Source: Desulfobacterales bacterium
GTDB lineage: Bacteria > Desulfobacterota > Desulfobacteria > Desulfobacterales > Desulfosarcinaceae
Assembly: GCA_016218685.1 (NCBI GenBank)
Contig: JACRDD010000023.1
Span: forward strand, 3,688-67,687
Direction of reading: 5' to 3'
DNA length: 64,000 bases
Positions 41,365 through 58,925 of this stretch are shown here, piece after piece (the first letter of the stretch is position 1; the number at the start of each line of letters is the position of its first letter). A model generated the notes under the pieces. The model saw nothing but the letters and a program-made list of their open reading frames with translations. It had not been told where the DNA came from and searched no databases. The position numbers were made by a program, and so were the translations under genes.

Positions 41365-41901
41365 CTAATCGGTGGGCCCCGGCGCCGCCAAACAAGTGGC
41401 CTCTTCGACAGCCACGGCGCATTTGAATATCGGTCGATGTTCTTTGTAGGATACCTGCCCATCATCCCCCACCATCTGATCGCAGTATTGAACCTCAAGG
41501 CGCCGGACTCTCTTCAGATCTACATCAGCCCAGACTTGGGTCTGGTTCAAATACCAACTGCCGTCTGGATGGCGGTTGATAGCGTGGTTAAAAAAGACGC
41601 GTTCCTGATCGGAATGTACTAATTCTTTCCAAAAATATTTGCACATTTCAGTAGCAATAGGACTCTTTGCTTCGGATGTGACCTTGAGAAGTAAAGAAGC
41701 CTCATCTTGGCGAAAAACATCCACAGAGCAGTTTGTGAAATTACTGCGCTGCATCATCTTTTCCATGCGAGTGATCAGGTCCGGGAAGATGGCATTTTTG
41801 GCTGTGGGCACGACGTACAGCACAACGAAGAAAACCAGGACCCAAACAACGGCCCGCCATAGCTTATATAGCCATCCGCTTGTTCTATGATTGTTCATCA
41901 T
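41365..41901 (-). CDS. Hypothetical membrane-anchored protein
   Basis: 178-aa ORF in an AT-richer segment; one N-terminal TM; several Cys. Confidence 0.55.
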   Translation of the reverse strand: MMNNHRTSGWLYKLWRAVVWVLVFFVVLYVVPTAKNAIFPDLITRMEKMMQRSNFTNCSVDVFRQDEASLLLKVTSEAKSPIATEMCKYFWKELVHSDQERVFFNHAINRHPDGSWYLNQTQVWADVDLKRVRRLEVQYCDQMVGDDGQVSYKEHRPIFKCAVAVEEATCLAAPGPTD

Positions 41902-41908
41902 CCTGCGC

Positions 41909-42505
41909 TCAGACTATGCTACCGGCCTTGAATTGGATTTGCTTATACTGAGGCGAACGCACCATGATGTCGCGGACCAATTCCTCTGGAAGGCCATTGG
42001 GTCCACCAACCTCAAATTGAGATACACCATGCTTACGTCTTTCCTGCTCCTTACCTTCCTCGTCTCGAAGGATATCCGTCCACTCCACTCTTAAAAGCTG
42101 CTGGGGAAATTGTTGGTAGTCGAAACGGTAAATTCGAACTAAAGTCCATTGTTTTGACACCTGAGGATACCAAATCTTGGCCTGGAATTCATCCTTGGCG
42201 ATAGCGGCCGCTGATCCGGTAAGAATCGCAACTTTGGGATTTTTAAATGTCAGCGTTACTAAGACAGTCAGCGCTACCGTGGCCGCATGGCCTGTGCGAA
42301 GTATACGATTTTGATGCATAGTATTCCAAGCTTTTGCATCATTGTGTTCAGGAAAGGTGATTTCGACCGTTACGGTGTGCGTAACCGTCTTAGCCTGGAA
42401 ACATTTCATGTGTTCCGGTCTGGTCATCAGCCCGAGTTCCATCATGGGATCGGAGCAGAGTTTTTTGAGTTGTCTGATTTCTTCGGATGTCAGCAGTGTC
42501 GTCAT
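41909..42505 (-). CDS. Hypothetical protein with a central hydrophobic hairpin
   Basis: 198-aa ORF with a strong AAGGGAGG RBS; 7 nt from the next gene. Confidence 0.6.
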   Translation of the reverse strand: MTTLLTSEEIRQLKKLCSDPMMELGLMTRPEHMKCFQAKTVTHTVTVEITFPEHNDAKAWNTMHQNRILRTGHAATVALTVLVTLTFKNPKVAILTGSAAAIAKDEFQAKIWYPQVSKQWTLVRIYRFDYQQFPQQLLRVEWTDILRDEEGKEQERRKHGVSQFEVGGPNGLPEELVRDIMVRSPQYKQIQFKAGSIV

Positions 42506-42981
42506 TTGGAGCCTCCCTTATTCGCCATTTTTAAAGGATACAACAGCATGTTGGATTCCAGCGATGCGGATGGAGGTCGGAATTCGGCTGGAGCGCATGG
42601 ATCAAGACCCTTTTCACCGATATGGACGTTTGCGTCAGCGGTTTTTTAGGATGATATAATGCGTTCTTTTCAGATGAGGGGGTGGTGCATCGAGAGAGGT
42701 TCATAGATCAGCCCGGATGTGAAAGTCAACCCATAACAAGATGTTGCCAGCCATTGGCCGCCTATGGCGAGCGGCCGCCCAGACGTTCATGCGCTGACGC
42801 GCAGGTACAGAACATGAGTGGTGTCGCTCTCCCGGAATGAGCGATGATCGCCGGAATGGTCCGACGCTGCCAACCTTTGTTCGTCATTGCCGTCAGCGCC
42901 CAGGTCTGCTAACAGGTACAACCAAGGCCGGCGCATCAAGGCCGGCGGGCATTTGAACCTGAACCGGAAGGGGTCCACACC

Positions 42982-44445
42982 ATGGGCGCAGCAGTCTCAA
43001 CCACGGATTTCGAGCGCATCTTTCATCCCCGCAACCTCGCCATTGTCGGCGTATCCAAAGAGGGTCTCGGCTTCGGCGCCGGCATCTGCAACAGCCTGCG
43101 CGCCATCGGGTACGGCGGCGAGATTTACCTGGTCAATCCCAAGGGCGGCACCTGGAACGGCCAGACCCTTTATCCCAGAGTCGAGGATATCCCGGGTCGG
43201 TTCGACCTGGCCATCATCGCCGTGGCGGCCCCGGCCGTGCCGGCGGCATTGGAGGCGTGCCGAATGAAAGGCGCGGCCGGCGCATCCATCGTCTCGTCGG
43301 GCTTCAAGGAGTTGGGCACGGCCGAAGGCATCGCTTTGGAACAGGAGATCCTGGCCATCGCCCGGCGGGGCATCCGGGTGATCGGCCCCAACTGCTTCGG
43401 CATTTACTGCCCGCGCAGCGGATTGACCATGCTGCCCGGCCCGGATCTTTCCCGGCAGAGCGGCCCCATCGGTTTTTCTTCCCAGAGCGGCGGCATGGCC
43501 GTGGATTTCGCCAACCTGGGCAAATCCATGGGCCTGCAATTCAGCAAGATGGTCAGCTTCGGCAACGGCGCCGACCTGCGCGAGACCGAACTTTTACAGT
43601 ATTTCGGCGAAGACCCCGAGACCAGGGTCGTCGGCATGTACATCGAAGGGGTCCGGGACGGCGAGGCCTTTTTCCAGGCCCTCAGGGCCACGGCGGCGCG
43701 CAAACCGGTGATCGTCAACAAGGGCGGCCTGTCGGATGCCGGGGCGCGGGCCGTGCAGAGCCACACCGCCTCCATGGGCGGCAGCGGCCGCATCTGGCCG
43801 GCGATCCTGCGCCAGGCCAATGCCGTGCAGGTCCGGAGCATGGCTGAGATGGCCGATGCCTGCCAGGCCTTCACCCTGCTGCCCGGCCGGGTTTACCGCA
43901 ATCTTACCGTGCTGGGCGGCGGCGGCGCCCTGGGGGTGGCGGCCGCCGATGCCGCCGAGACCTGCGGCCTGAGCATTCCGCCCTTCGACGACGCGCTGGC
44001 CGGGCGCATCGACGCGCTGCTGCCCAAGCCCGGCTCGAGCCCGGGCAATCCCGTGGATGTGGCCAACCCCTTCGTGGCGCCCAGGACCCTCAAGGAGATC
44101 ATGCGCCTGGCGGCCTCGGACCCGCGCATCGATTTGCAGATCTTCAACTCGCTCATTCATCATTATAAGAATATGGCCCGGATCACCGGTCGGCCGGTCA
44201 GGGAGGTGACGCCCTATCTCGAACTGGCCGACGACATCCAAGCCGTGGTGGCCGAAACCGGCAAACCCATTGTCGTCATCCTGTTCAATCCCAAGAGCGG
44301 CATGGACCACCTGGATGTGGTGGAGATGTTCGCCGATGCCCGCCGTGCATTTGTTCAGCGCGGCATTCCGGTTTTCAACACGTTGTCCGAAGGCTTGCGC
44401 GCCATCGGGCACCTCAACGCCTATTACGAGAGGAAGCGATCATGA
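42982..44445 (+). CDS. Acyl-CoA synthetase (NDP-forming) alpha subunit
   Basis: FHPRNLAIVGVS, GPNCFG, SQSGG, SFGNGAD, SHTAS, NPVD. Confidence 0.88.
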   Translation: MGAAVSTTDFERIFHPRNLAIVGVSKEGLGFGAGICNSLRAIGYGGEIYLVNPKGGTWNGQTLYPRVEDIPGRFDLAIIAVAAPAVPAALEACRMKGAAGASIVSSGFKELGTAEGIALEQEILAIARRGIRVIGPNCFGIYCPRSGLTMLPGPDLSRQSGPIGFSSQSGGMAVDFANLGKSMGLQFSKMVSFGNGADLRETELLQYFGEDPETRVVGMYIEGVRDGEAFFQALRATAARKPVIVNKGGLSDAGARAVQSHTASMGGSGRIWPAILRQANAVQVRSMAEMADACQAFTLLPGRVYRNLTVLGGGGALGVAAADAAETCGLSIPPFDDALAGRIDALLPKPGSSPGNPVDVANPFVAPRTLKEIMRLAASDPRIDLQIFNSLIHHYKNMARITGRPVREVTPYLELADDIQAVVAETGKPIVVILFNPKSGMDHLDVVEMFADARRAFVQRGIPVFNTLSEGLRAIGHLNAYYERKRS

Positions 44446-45131
44446 GCAAAGCCAAGGCCCAGGAACTGATTCGCACTGCCCAGCGGGAAGGACGCACCAC
44501 ACTCTCCGAATACGAGGCCAAGCAACTGCTCGCCGCTTACGATATTCCGGTGACGCGGGAGATTCTCGTCCAGCAGCGGGAGGCCCTGACCGATGCCGTC
44601 CGGCGCATCGGCTGTCCCCTGGTGCTGAAAGGCTGCGCGGCGCGCATCGCCCATAAGACCGAGAAGAACCTGGTGCGCGTGGATGTGCGCAGCGAAGCCG
44701 AGGCGCTCGCGATCTTCGACGAGCTCATGGCCGCCATGGCCGGCGAGGCCGACGCCGCCGTGCTCGCCCAGGAGATGGTCTCCGGCCGGCGCGAGCTGGT
44801 GGTGGGCCTGACGCGCGACCCGCAGTTCGGGGCCTGCGTCATGTTCGGCCTGGGGGGCATCTTCACCGAAATCCTCAAGGATATCTCTTTCCGCAAGGCG
44901 CCCCTGGAGCCGCGCGACGCCCTGGAGATGATGCACGAGATCAAGGGCCGCAAGATCTTAGAGGCCGTGCGCGGCATGCCCGCCGCCGACACCGCCGCCC
45001 TGGCGCGCATCCTGATTCAGGTGGGGGCCATCGGCCTGGAACTGGATTCGGTGGCCGAAATTGATCTCAACCCCGTGATTCTCGCGGGCGCCAAACCGGT
45101 AGCCGTGGACGCCCTGGTGGTGCTCAAATAG
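44442..45131 (+). CDS. Acyl-CoA synthetase beta subunit (ATP-grasp)
   Basis: LSEYEAKQLL, HKTE, RDPQFG..VMFGLGG, EIDLNPV; ATGA overlap. Confidence 0.9.
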   Translation: MSKAKAQELIRTAQREGRTTLSEYEAKQLLAAYDIPVTREILVQQREALTDAVRRIGCPLVLKGCAARIAHKTEKNLVRVDVRSEAEALAIFDELMAAMAGEADAAVLAQEMVSGRRELVVGLTRDPQFGACVMFGLGGIFTEILKDISFRKAPLEPRDALEMMHEIKGRKILEAVRGMPAADTAALARILIQVGAIGLELDSVAEIDLNPVILAGAKPVAVDALVVLK

Positions 45132-46734
45132 CCGCCTTGGCCTTGTCCAGCACCGTGCGTACCGTGGTGGCCAGTTCCGTCTTGTCGATGGGCTTCATGA
45201 TCGTGGCTTGGATACCTGCCTTGGCTGCTTTGACATCGGAGATCTCCCCACTGTACCCGGTGCAGAGGATAATGGGGATGCCGGCTCGGATCTTGGTCAG
45301 TTCCGCCGCCAGTTTTTGACCCGGCAGGTTGGGCATGGTCAGGTCTGTGATCACCAGATCGAACTGGTCGGGTTTGGCCTTGAACACGGCCAGGGCCTCG
45401 ATGCTGCTGGTCAGGACGGTCACCCGATAGCGCATGCGTTCGAGCATCATGGACACCATCCTGGCCACAGCAGGTTCGTCATCGACCAGCAGAATCTGCT
45501 CCTGGGCCGTTCCCATGGGAAGATGTTCGACCTGCGCGGCCGCGGGCCGTTTGGCGCTCTCCAGCAGCGGTAGATAGACGCTTACGGTTGTGCCTTTGTC
45601 GCAGCGGTGCTCCTCGAACATGTGTCCGCCGTACTCGCTGACGATGCCGCGCACGACCGACAGACCGATGGCTTTACCGGGCGTCTGGGCGCCGGTGACC
45701 GGATCTGCGCCCGGCTCGACCGCTTTGCCCGTGTTGCTGACCATCCAGCGCAGGTAGCGCCCCGGCTCGATGCCGGGGTGCCGGGCGGCATCGTCGGCTC
45801 CCAGGGTGACGCTCTCCAGGCCGACCTGCATGACCCCCCCTTCGGGTGCCATGGCCTGGGCCGCATTGGCGCACAGGTTCATGACGATCTGGTGCAAATG
45901 ACCCGCGTCGGCCATCACCAGGCCGTCGCCGGCCATGTTGGCGCGAATCTCGATGGTGCTCGGAATCGAGGCGCGCAACAGCTTGAGCGCCTCCTTGGCA
46001 ATGGTTTTAAATTGCAGCGGCTGCACCGTGCGGTCCGCCTGGCGGCTGAACGAGAGGATTTGCTGCACCAGATCCCGGGCACGGGTGCCGGCCGTGATCA
46101 CCTCCCGCAGGTAGTCGCGCTGGGGCGCCTCAATGGGAAGACCTTCCAGGCTGAGTTCCGTATAGCCCAGGATCGCGGAGAGGATATTGTTGAAATCGTG
46201 GGCGATGCCGCCGGCCAGGGTTCCCAGGGCCTCCATGCGCTGGGACATGCCCAGGCGGATTTCGTACGCCTTGGTTTTGCACTCGACTTGCTTCTTTTCG
46301 GTCAGGTCCCGGGCAAAGGCGCACTGGAACTCCCGGTCGCCGAAGCGCACGAAATAGGCGCTCAGTTCCACGGCAATGTGCCGGCCGCTTTTGGTCGCGA
46401 GCATCGATTCCAGGCGCACCTGCTGGGCCTGTTGGAGAGCGCGCCAGTGCTGGGTCCAAGCCTGGGCCGTGAAGTCGGGGGCCAGCTCGCGTAGATTTTT
46501 TTGGAGCAGCTCCTCGCGCGCATAGCCCAGGGTGCGGCAGGCTTCGTCGTTGGCATAAAGAATTTGGCCGCCGGGTTCCATCCAGAAGGCAAGGTCCGGG
46601 CAATGGTCGATGGCGAACCGGGTGAAATGCAGGCCATCCGCCATATCGCACGCGTGGCCTGGAAGGGCGGGCTGTGGCGCGTCGGCCTTCTCCGCCGAGG
46701 AATTCTGCTTAAAGGCAATCGGGTTTGTAAACAT
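45124..46734 (-). CDS. PAS hybrid histidine kinase (CckA-like) with degenerate HATPase domain
   Basis: PAS; H-box GIAHDFNNIL; N-box NLCANA; eroded G1/F/G2 boxes; intact REC (VDDE, TDLTMP, KP). Confidence 0.85.
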   Translation of the reverse strand: MFTNPIAFKQNSSAEKADAPQPALPGHACDMADGLHFTRFAIDHCPDLAFWMEPGGQILYANDEACRTLGYAREELLQKNLRELAPDFTAQAWTQHWRALQQAQQVRLESMLATKSGRHIAVELSAYFVRFGDREFQCAFARDLTEKKQVECKTKAYEIRLGMSQRMEALGTLAGGIAHDFNNILSAILGYTELSLEGLPIEAPQRDYLREVITAGTRARDLVQQILSFSRQADRTVQPLQFKTIAKEALKLLRASIPSTIEIRANMAGDGLVMADAGHLHQIVMNLCANAAQAMAPEGGVMQVGLESVTLGADDAARHPGIEPGRYLRWMVSNTGKAVEPGADPVTGAQTPGKAIGLSVVRGIVSEYGGHMFEEHRCDKGTTVSVYLPLLESAKRPAAAQVEHLPMGTAQEQILLVDDEPAVARMVSMMLERMRYRVTVLTSSIEALAVFKAKPDQFDLVITDLTMPNLPGQKLAAELTKIRAGIPIILCTGYSGEISDVKAAKAGIQATIMKPIDKTELATTVRTVLDKAKAAI

Positions 46735-46780
46735 GACACCTCACCTGTCGCGGGCGCGAAATCCAAACGATACCATCTCT

Positions 46781-46807
46781 GTATCGGTCTAAACCGGGGG
46801 ATCTTGA
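46781..46807 (-). promoter_or_regulatory. sigma28 (FliA)-type promoter
   Basis: Minus strand TCAA-N15-ACCGATAC. Confidence 0.55.
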
Positions 46808-47012
46808 GGCTGAGTAAAGCCGGCCGCGTTGGGTTTTTTAAAAATTGGCAGTTGATCTCCGCCGACTCCCCCCTTAGTATGATGACACGCGATACTCGGA
46901 TCATGTGTGGCCCGCGCCGCCGCTTCCCCACCCAGGAGAGCGGTGCGCGCATCAACCGAATCCAGCTCCATCAACCAGGTCATCGTTGAGACCCAATCAG
47001 AAGGAGGTTCGC

Positions 47013-47999
47013 ATGAAAAGGAAGACCGTCATCGTCCTTGTCGCCCTGGGCATTTTTGCCCTGGCCGTTTCCCCCGCCTCGGCCGCCGAATCCAAATCCA
47101 AATGGCCCGCCTCGGTGACCGTCGGCGCCGCCCCCGTGGGGGGTACCTATTTCGTATGGGCCGGCGGCTTCACCCGGCTGCTCAACGACACCATGAAGAT
47201 TCCAGGCAATGTGGAGTCCACGGGCGGCCCGGTGCACAATGTCCAGTTGATCGAAGGCAACAAGCTGGACTTCGGCATGGTCACCAACGGGCCGGCCTGG
47301 GAAGGCTGGAACGGCCAGGGCTGGGCCAAAGGCAAGAAGTACCAGAACCAGCGGGCCATATTCCCCATGTACAGCTCGTACTTTCAGATGTACGCCCTGA
47401 AAAAGAGCGGCATCAAAACCATCCAGGATCTCAATGGCAAAAGCGTGGGCGTGGGCCCCATCGGCGGCACCCCGGCCACCTACTGGCCGTTGATCTTCGA
47501 GGCGGCCGGCGTTAAGGCGGGCCGCATCGTCAACGCCAGTTCGGCCGATTTGGATTCCCAGCTCAAGGACGGCATGCTCGATTCCAACGGCAACGCCCTG
47601 GGGCTGCCCTGGGTAACGATCACCGAAGCCGAAACCACCCATGAACTCAACGTGTTCGGACCCACCGGGGCGGATGCCGACAAGTTCATCGCCAAGTATC
47701 CCTATTTCTCCAAGGGCGTGGTTCCCAAAGGCACCTACAAGGCCAACCCCGACAAGGATATCGAAACCCTGTCGGTGTGGAACTTCATGGTGGTGCCCAA
47801 GGATTCGCCCGACGATTTCGTCTACGAGGTGGTGAAGAAGACCTTCGAAAACGTCGCCATCCTGATCGCGGCCCACAATTCGGCCACCGAAGTCAAGGCC
47901 GAAAACATCATCTACAGCCCGGTGCCCCTGCATCCCGGTGCGGTCAAGTACTACCAGGAGAAGGGCATCAAAATTCCCGAGACGCTGATCCTTAAATAA
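47013..47999 (+). CDS. TAXI family TRAP solute-binding protein
   Basis: Signal peptide; GGTY, STGGPVHN, PLHPGAVKYYQE; AAGGAGG RBS. Confidence 0.92.
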   Translation: MKRKTVIVLVALGIFALAVSPASAAESKSKWPASVTVGAAPVGGTYFVWAGGFTRLLNDTMKIPGNVESTGGPVHNVQLIEGNKLDFGMVTNGPAWEGWNGQGWAKGKKYQNQRAIFPMYSSYFQMYALKKSGIKTIQDLNGKSVGVGPIGGTPATYWPLIFEAAGVKAGRIVNASSADLDSQLKDGMLDSNGNALGLPWVTITEAETTHELNVFGPTGADADKFIAKYPYFSKGVVPKGTYKANPDKDIETLSVWNFMVVPKDSPDDFVYEVVKKTFENVAILIAAHNSATEVKAENIIYSPVPLHPGAVKYYQEKGIKIPETLILK

Positions 48000-48029
48000 A
48001 ATGACAATTCGATAGCTACGATAATTGCG

Positions 48030-48058
48030 GCGGGCCGCCGATCGTCAGGGCGGCCCGC
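48030..48058 (+). other. Intercistronic stem-loop between TAXI and permease genes
   Basis: GCGGGCCGCC-N9-GGCGGCCCGC. Confidence 0.5.
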
Positions 48059-48117
48059 AGTAAATCTAATTATTTAACCCGAAGCGCAAGATCGCTGATC
48101 ACCCACGGAGAACGCCC

Positions 48118-50076
48118 ATGGCAACCGAATTCCAACCGGTCGAAATGGAAGTCGTCGAGAAGAAACTCGAAGAGATGCACATCAAGGACCTGGAAGTGAG
48201 CACCGGCCGCGTTTTGGGCAAGCCTTTCGCCTGGGCCGTGGCCGTGATCGGCTTTTTCATGAGCCTGTTCCATATCTGGGTGCTGATCGTGCGACCCATC
48301 GACCCTTGGTATTTCCGGACCTTGCACGTGGTTTTGGGCGGCGTGCTGCTCTTTGCCCTGGTGCCCGGCTGGAAAAATGCCGGCAAGGATCGTCCCCACT
48401 GGGTAGACTATATCTTCATCGCCATGCTCCTGGCGCCGATGATTTACATATTTGCGGTCTTCGACGAATGGATCTACAGAGTCGGGGTGGTTCCCACGGG
48501 CTGGGATTTCTTCTTCTCGCTGCTCTTCGTCATCGCCGTGTGGGAAATGGCCCGCCGCGCCACCGGCTGGCCGTTGGCGGCCCTGTGCACCCTCTTTATC
48601 CTGTACGGCCACTTCGGCAACTACCTTCCGGGCTTGTTCTACCACCGGGGCTACTCCTGGGAGCGCATGATCACCTTTCTCTTCAGCCTGGACGGCATCC
48701 TGAGCCTGCCGATCCAAGCTTCGGCCCACTACATCTTTCTCTTCGTGATCTTCGGCGCCTTCGTGGACGCCAGCGGTGCCGGCAAGTTCTTCGTGGATTT
48801 CGCCCGCTGCCTGGCCGGCCGGTTGCGCGGCGGCCCGGCCAAGGTATCGATCATCTCCAGCGCGTTGATCGGTACGGCCTCGGGCTCGTCGGTGGCCAAC
48901 GTGGTGGTGGACGGCGTGTTCAACATCCCCCTGATGAAGGCCACCGGGTTTCGCGGAACCATTGCCGCCGCGGTGGAGGCCATGAACTCCAGCGGCGGCC
49001 AGATCATGCCGCCGGTCATGGGCGCCGGCGCCTTTCTGATGGCCGAGATCCTGCACATGCCGTACTCCAAGGTGTGTCTGGCAGCCATCATCCCGGCCCT
49101 GCTCTATTTTGCTTCCTCCTACTGGATGATCGACCTTTACGCCGGCAGCCAGGGGTTGCGGGGCCTGACCCGGGACGAGGTGCCGGTGTTCCGCAAGATC
49201 ATGAGGGAAAAAGGGTATCTATTGATTCCTTTGATCATCGTGCTGGTCAGTCTGATGGTGTTGATGCTCTCGGCTTACCGCGCGGCGCTCTACGGCATCA
49301 TTGCCCTGGTCGTGGCCAGTTGGATCAGCCGGGAGAGCCGCATGGGGATCAAGGCCATCGCCACCACCCTGGCCAAAGGCGCGCGCGGCTCCATGGAGAT
49401 CATCGCCACCTGCGCGGCGGCCGGCATCATCGTGGGCGTGCTCACCCAGACCGGCCTGGGGCAGAAGTTCGCCATGATCATCTTCGCCTACTCCAAGGGC
49501 AGCCTGCTGCTGGCCCTGATCTTCACCATGCTCATCGCCATGGTGCTCGGCATGGGCATGCCCACCACGGCGGCCTATGCCATTTCGGCCTCGGTGCTGG
49601 CCCCGGCCCTGGTCCAGCAGTTTCAGGTCGTGCCCATCGCCGCGCACCTGTTTATCTTTTACTTCGCCTGCCTGTCGGCCCTCACGCCGCCGGTGGCTCT
49701 GGCCGCCTTCGCCGCCGCGGCCATCGCCGGCGAGAAGCCCTGGCCCGTGGGTTTCCAATCCATGCGCTTCGCCATTGCCGGCTTCATCATCCCCTATATG
49801 TTCATCTATGGTCCTGCTATTTTACTGGAAGGCTCCGCCTGGGAGATTGGCCTGGCCGTCATCACCGGCCTGCTCGGTACCCTGGCCCTGGCGGCCGCGG
49901 CCCAGGGATGGCTGTTGCAGCGGCTGTCGTGGCCCCAGCGTGGCGTCATGCTCTTGGCGGCCCTGGCCCTGATCAAACCGGGCTGGATCACCGACCTGAT
50001 CGGCTTCGGGATTTTGTTGACCATCGGCCTGATGCAGTTCCTCGCGCTGCGTAAGATACGGATCGCCTCGGCGTGA
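48118..50076 (+). CDS. TRAP transporter 4TM/12TM fused permease
   Basis: RGGPAKV, SGSSVANVV, GGQIMPPVMGAGAFLMAE, LGMGMPTTAAY, TPPVALAAF. Confidence 0.93.
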   Translation: MATEFQPVEMEVVEKKLEEMHIKDLEVSTGRVLGKPFAWAVAVIGFFMSLFHIWVLIVRPIDPWYFRTLHVVLGGVLLFALVPGWKNAGKDRPHWVDYIFIAMLLAPMIYIFAVFDEWIYRVGVVPTGWDFFFSLLFVIAVWEMARRATGWPLAALCTLFILYGHFGNYLPGLFYHRGYSWERMITFLFSLDGILSLPIQASAHYIFLFVIFGAFVDASGAGKFFVDFARCLAGRLRGGPAKVSIISSALIGTASGSSVANVVVDGVFNIPLMKATGFRGTIAAAVEAMNSSGGQIMPPVMGAGAFLMAEILHMPYSKVCLAAIIPALLYFASSYWMIDLYAGSQGLRGLTRDEVPVFRKIMREKGYLLIPLIIVLVSLMVLMLSAYRAALYGIIALVVASWISRESRMGIKAIATTLAKGARGSMEIIATCAAAGIIVGVLTQTGLGQKFAMIIFAYSKGSLLLALIFTMLIAMVLGMGMPTTAAYAISASVLAPALVQQFQVVPIAAHLFIFYFACLSALTPPVALAAFAAAAIAGEKPWPVGFQSMRFAIAGFIIPYMFIYGPAILLEGSAWEIGLAVITGLLGTLALAAAAQGWLLQRLSWPQRGVMLLAALALIKPGWITDLIGFGILLTIGLMQFLALRKIRIASA

Positions 50077-50096
50077 TTCTTGTTTTTCACGGCCTG

Positions 50097-50123
50097 TTAA
50101 GTACCTTTGATTTCTGCCGATAA
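50097..50123 (+). promoter_or_regulatory. sigma28 (FliA)-type promoter
   Basis: TTAA-N15-GCCGATAA upstream of the first hybrid kinase. Confidence 0.72.
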
Positions 50124-50215
50124 ATGCCGTATGGGATAGAGCCGAATCGGCCGGAAGACCCGTTTGGGGATTTCCGGCCGGTGGTTTTCCTCAACGCACG
50201 CACGGCCCGGCAAAG

Positions 50216-55797
<5,582 letters not shown>

Positions 55798-55824
55798 TCC
55801 GCCGCCCCCGACATCTCCCGCCAT

Positions 55825-55851
55825 TCAAGTTCCGGCCTCTCTGGCCGATAG
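55825..55851 (+). promoter_or_regulatory. sigma28 (FliA)-type promoter
   Basis: TCAA-N15-GCCGATAG upstream of kinase 3. Confidence 0.7.
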
Positions 55852-55894
55852 AATCAAAGAGGCTCCATCCAATTCCTTTTCGAGGCGGCGCGGC

Positions 55895-58711
<2,817 letters not shown>

Positions 58712-58851
58712 AAGCAGCCGTCCTATCATTCCTACAAAATTGTCCAACAAAGCGCCTCGATCCGACATCTTTGTTGACCCCATCCCGCCGACGTTTCCGC
58801 GCGCATGCTTGTTATTGTAGTAATTGCGGCATGATGCGATCTGGACGCCGT

Positions 58852-58867
58852 CGGCACGCCCGATGCA
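58852..58867 (+). promoter_or_regulatory. sigma54 promoter of amtB
   Basis: CGGCAC-GCCCG-ATGCA (GG-N10-GC). Confidence 0.55.
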
Positions 58868-58925
58868 CTACCTCGCCCGGTTTTGATCACGCAATCCCAT
58901 TTCAGGTCAAATTAAGGAGGTGTCG

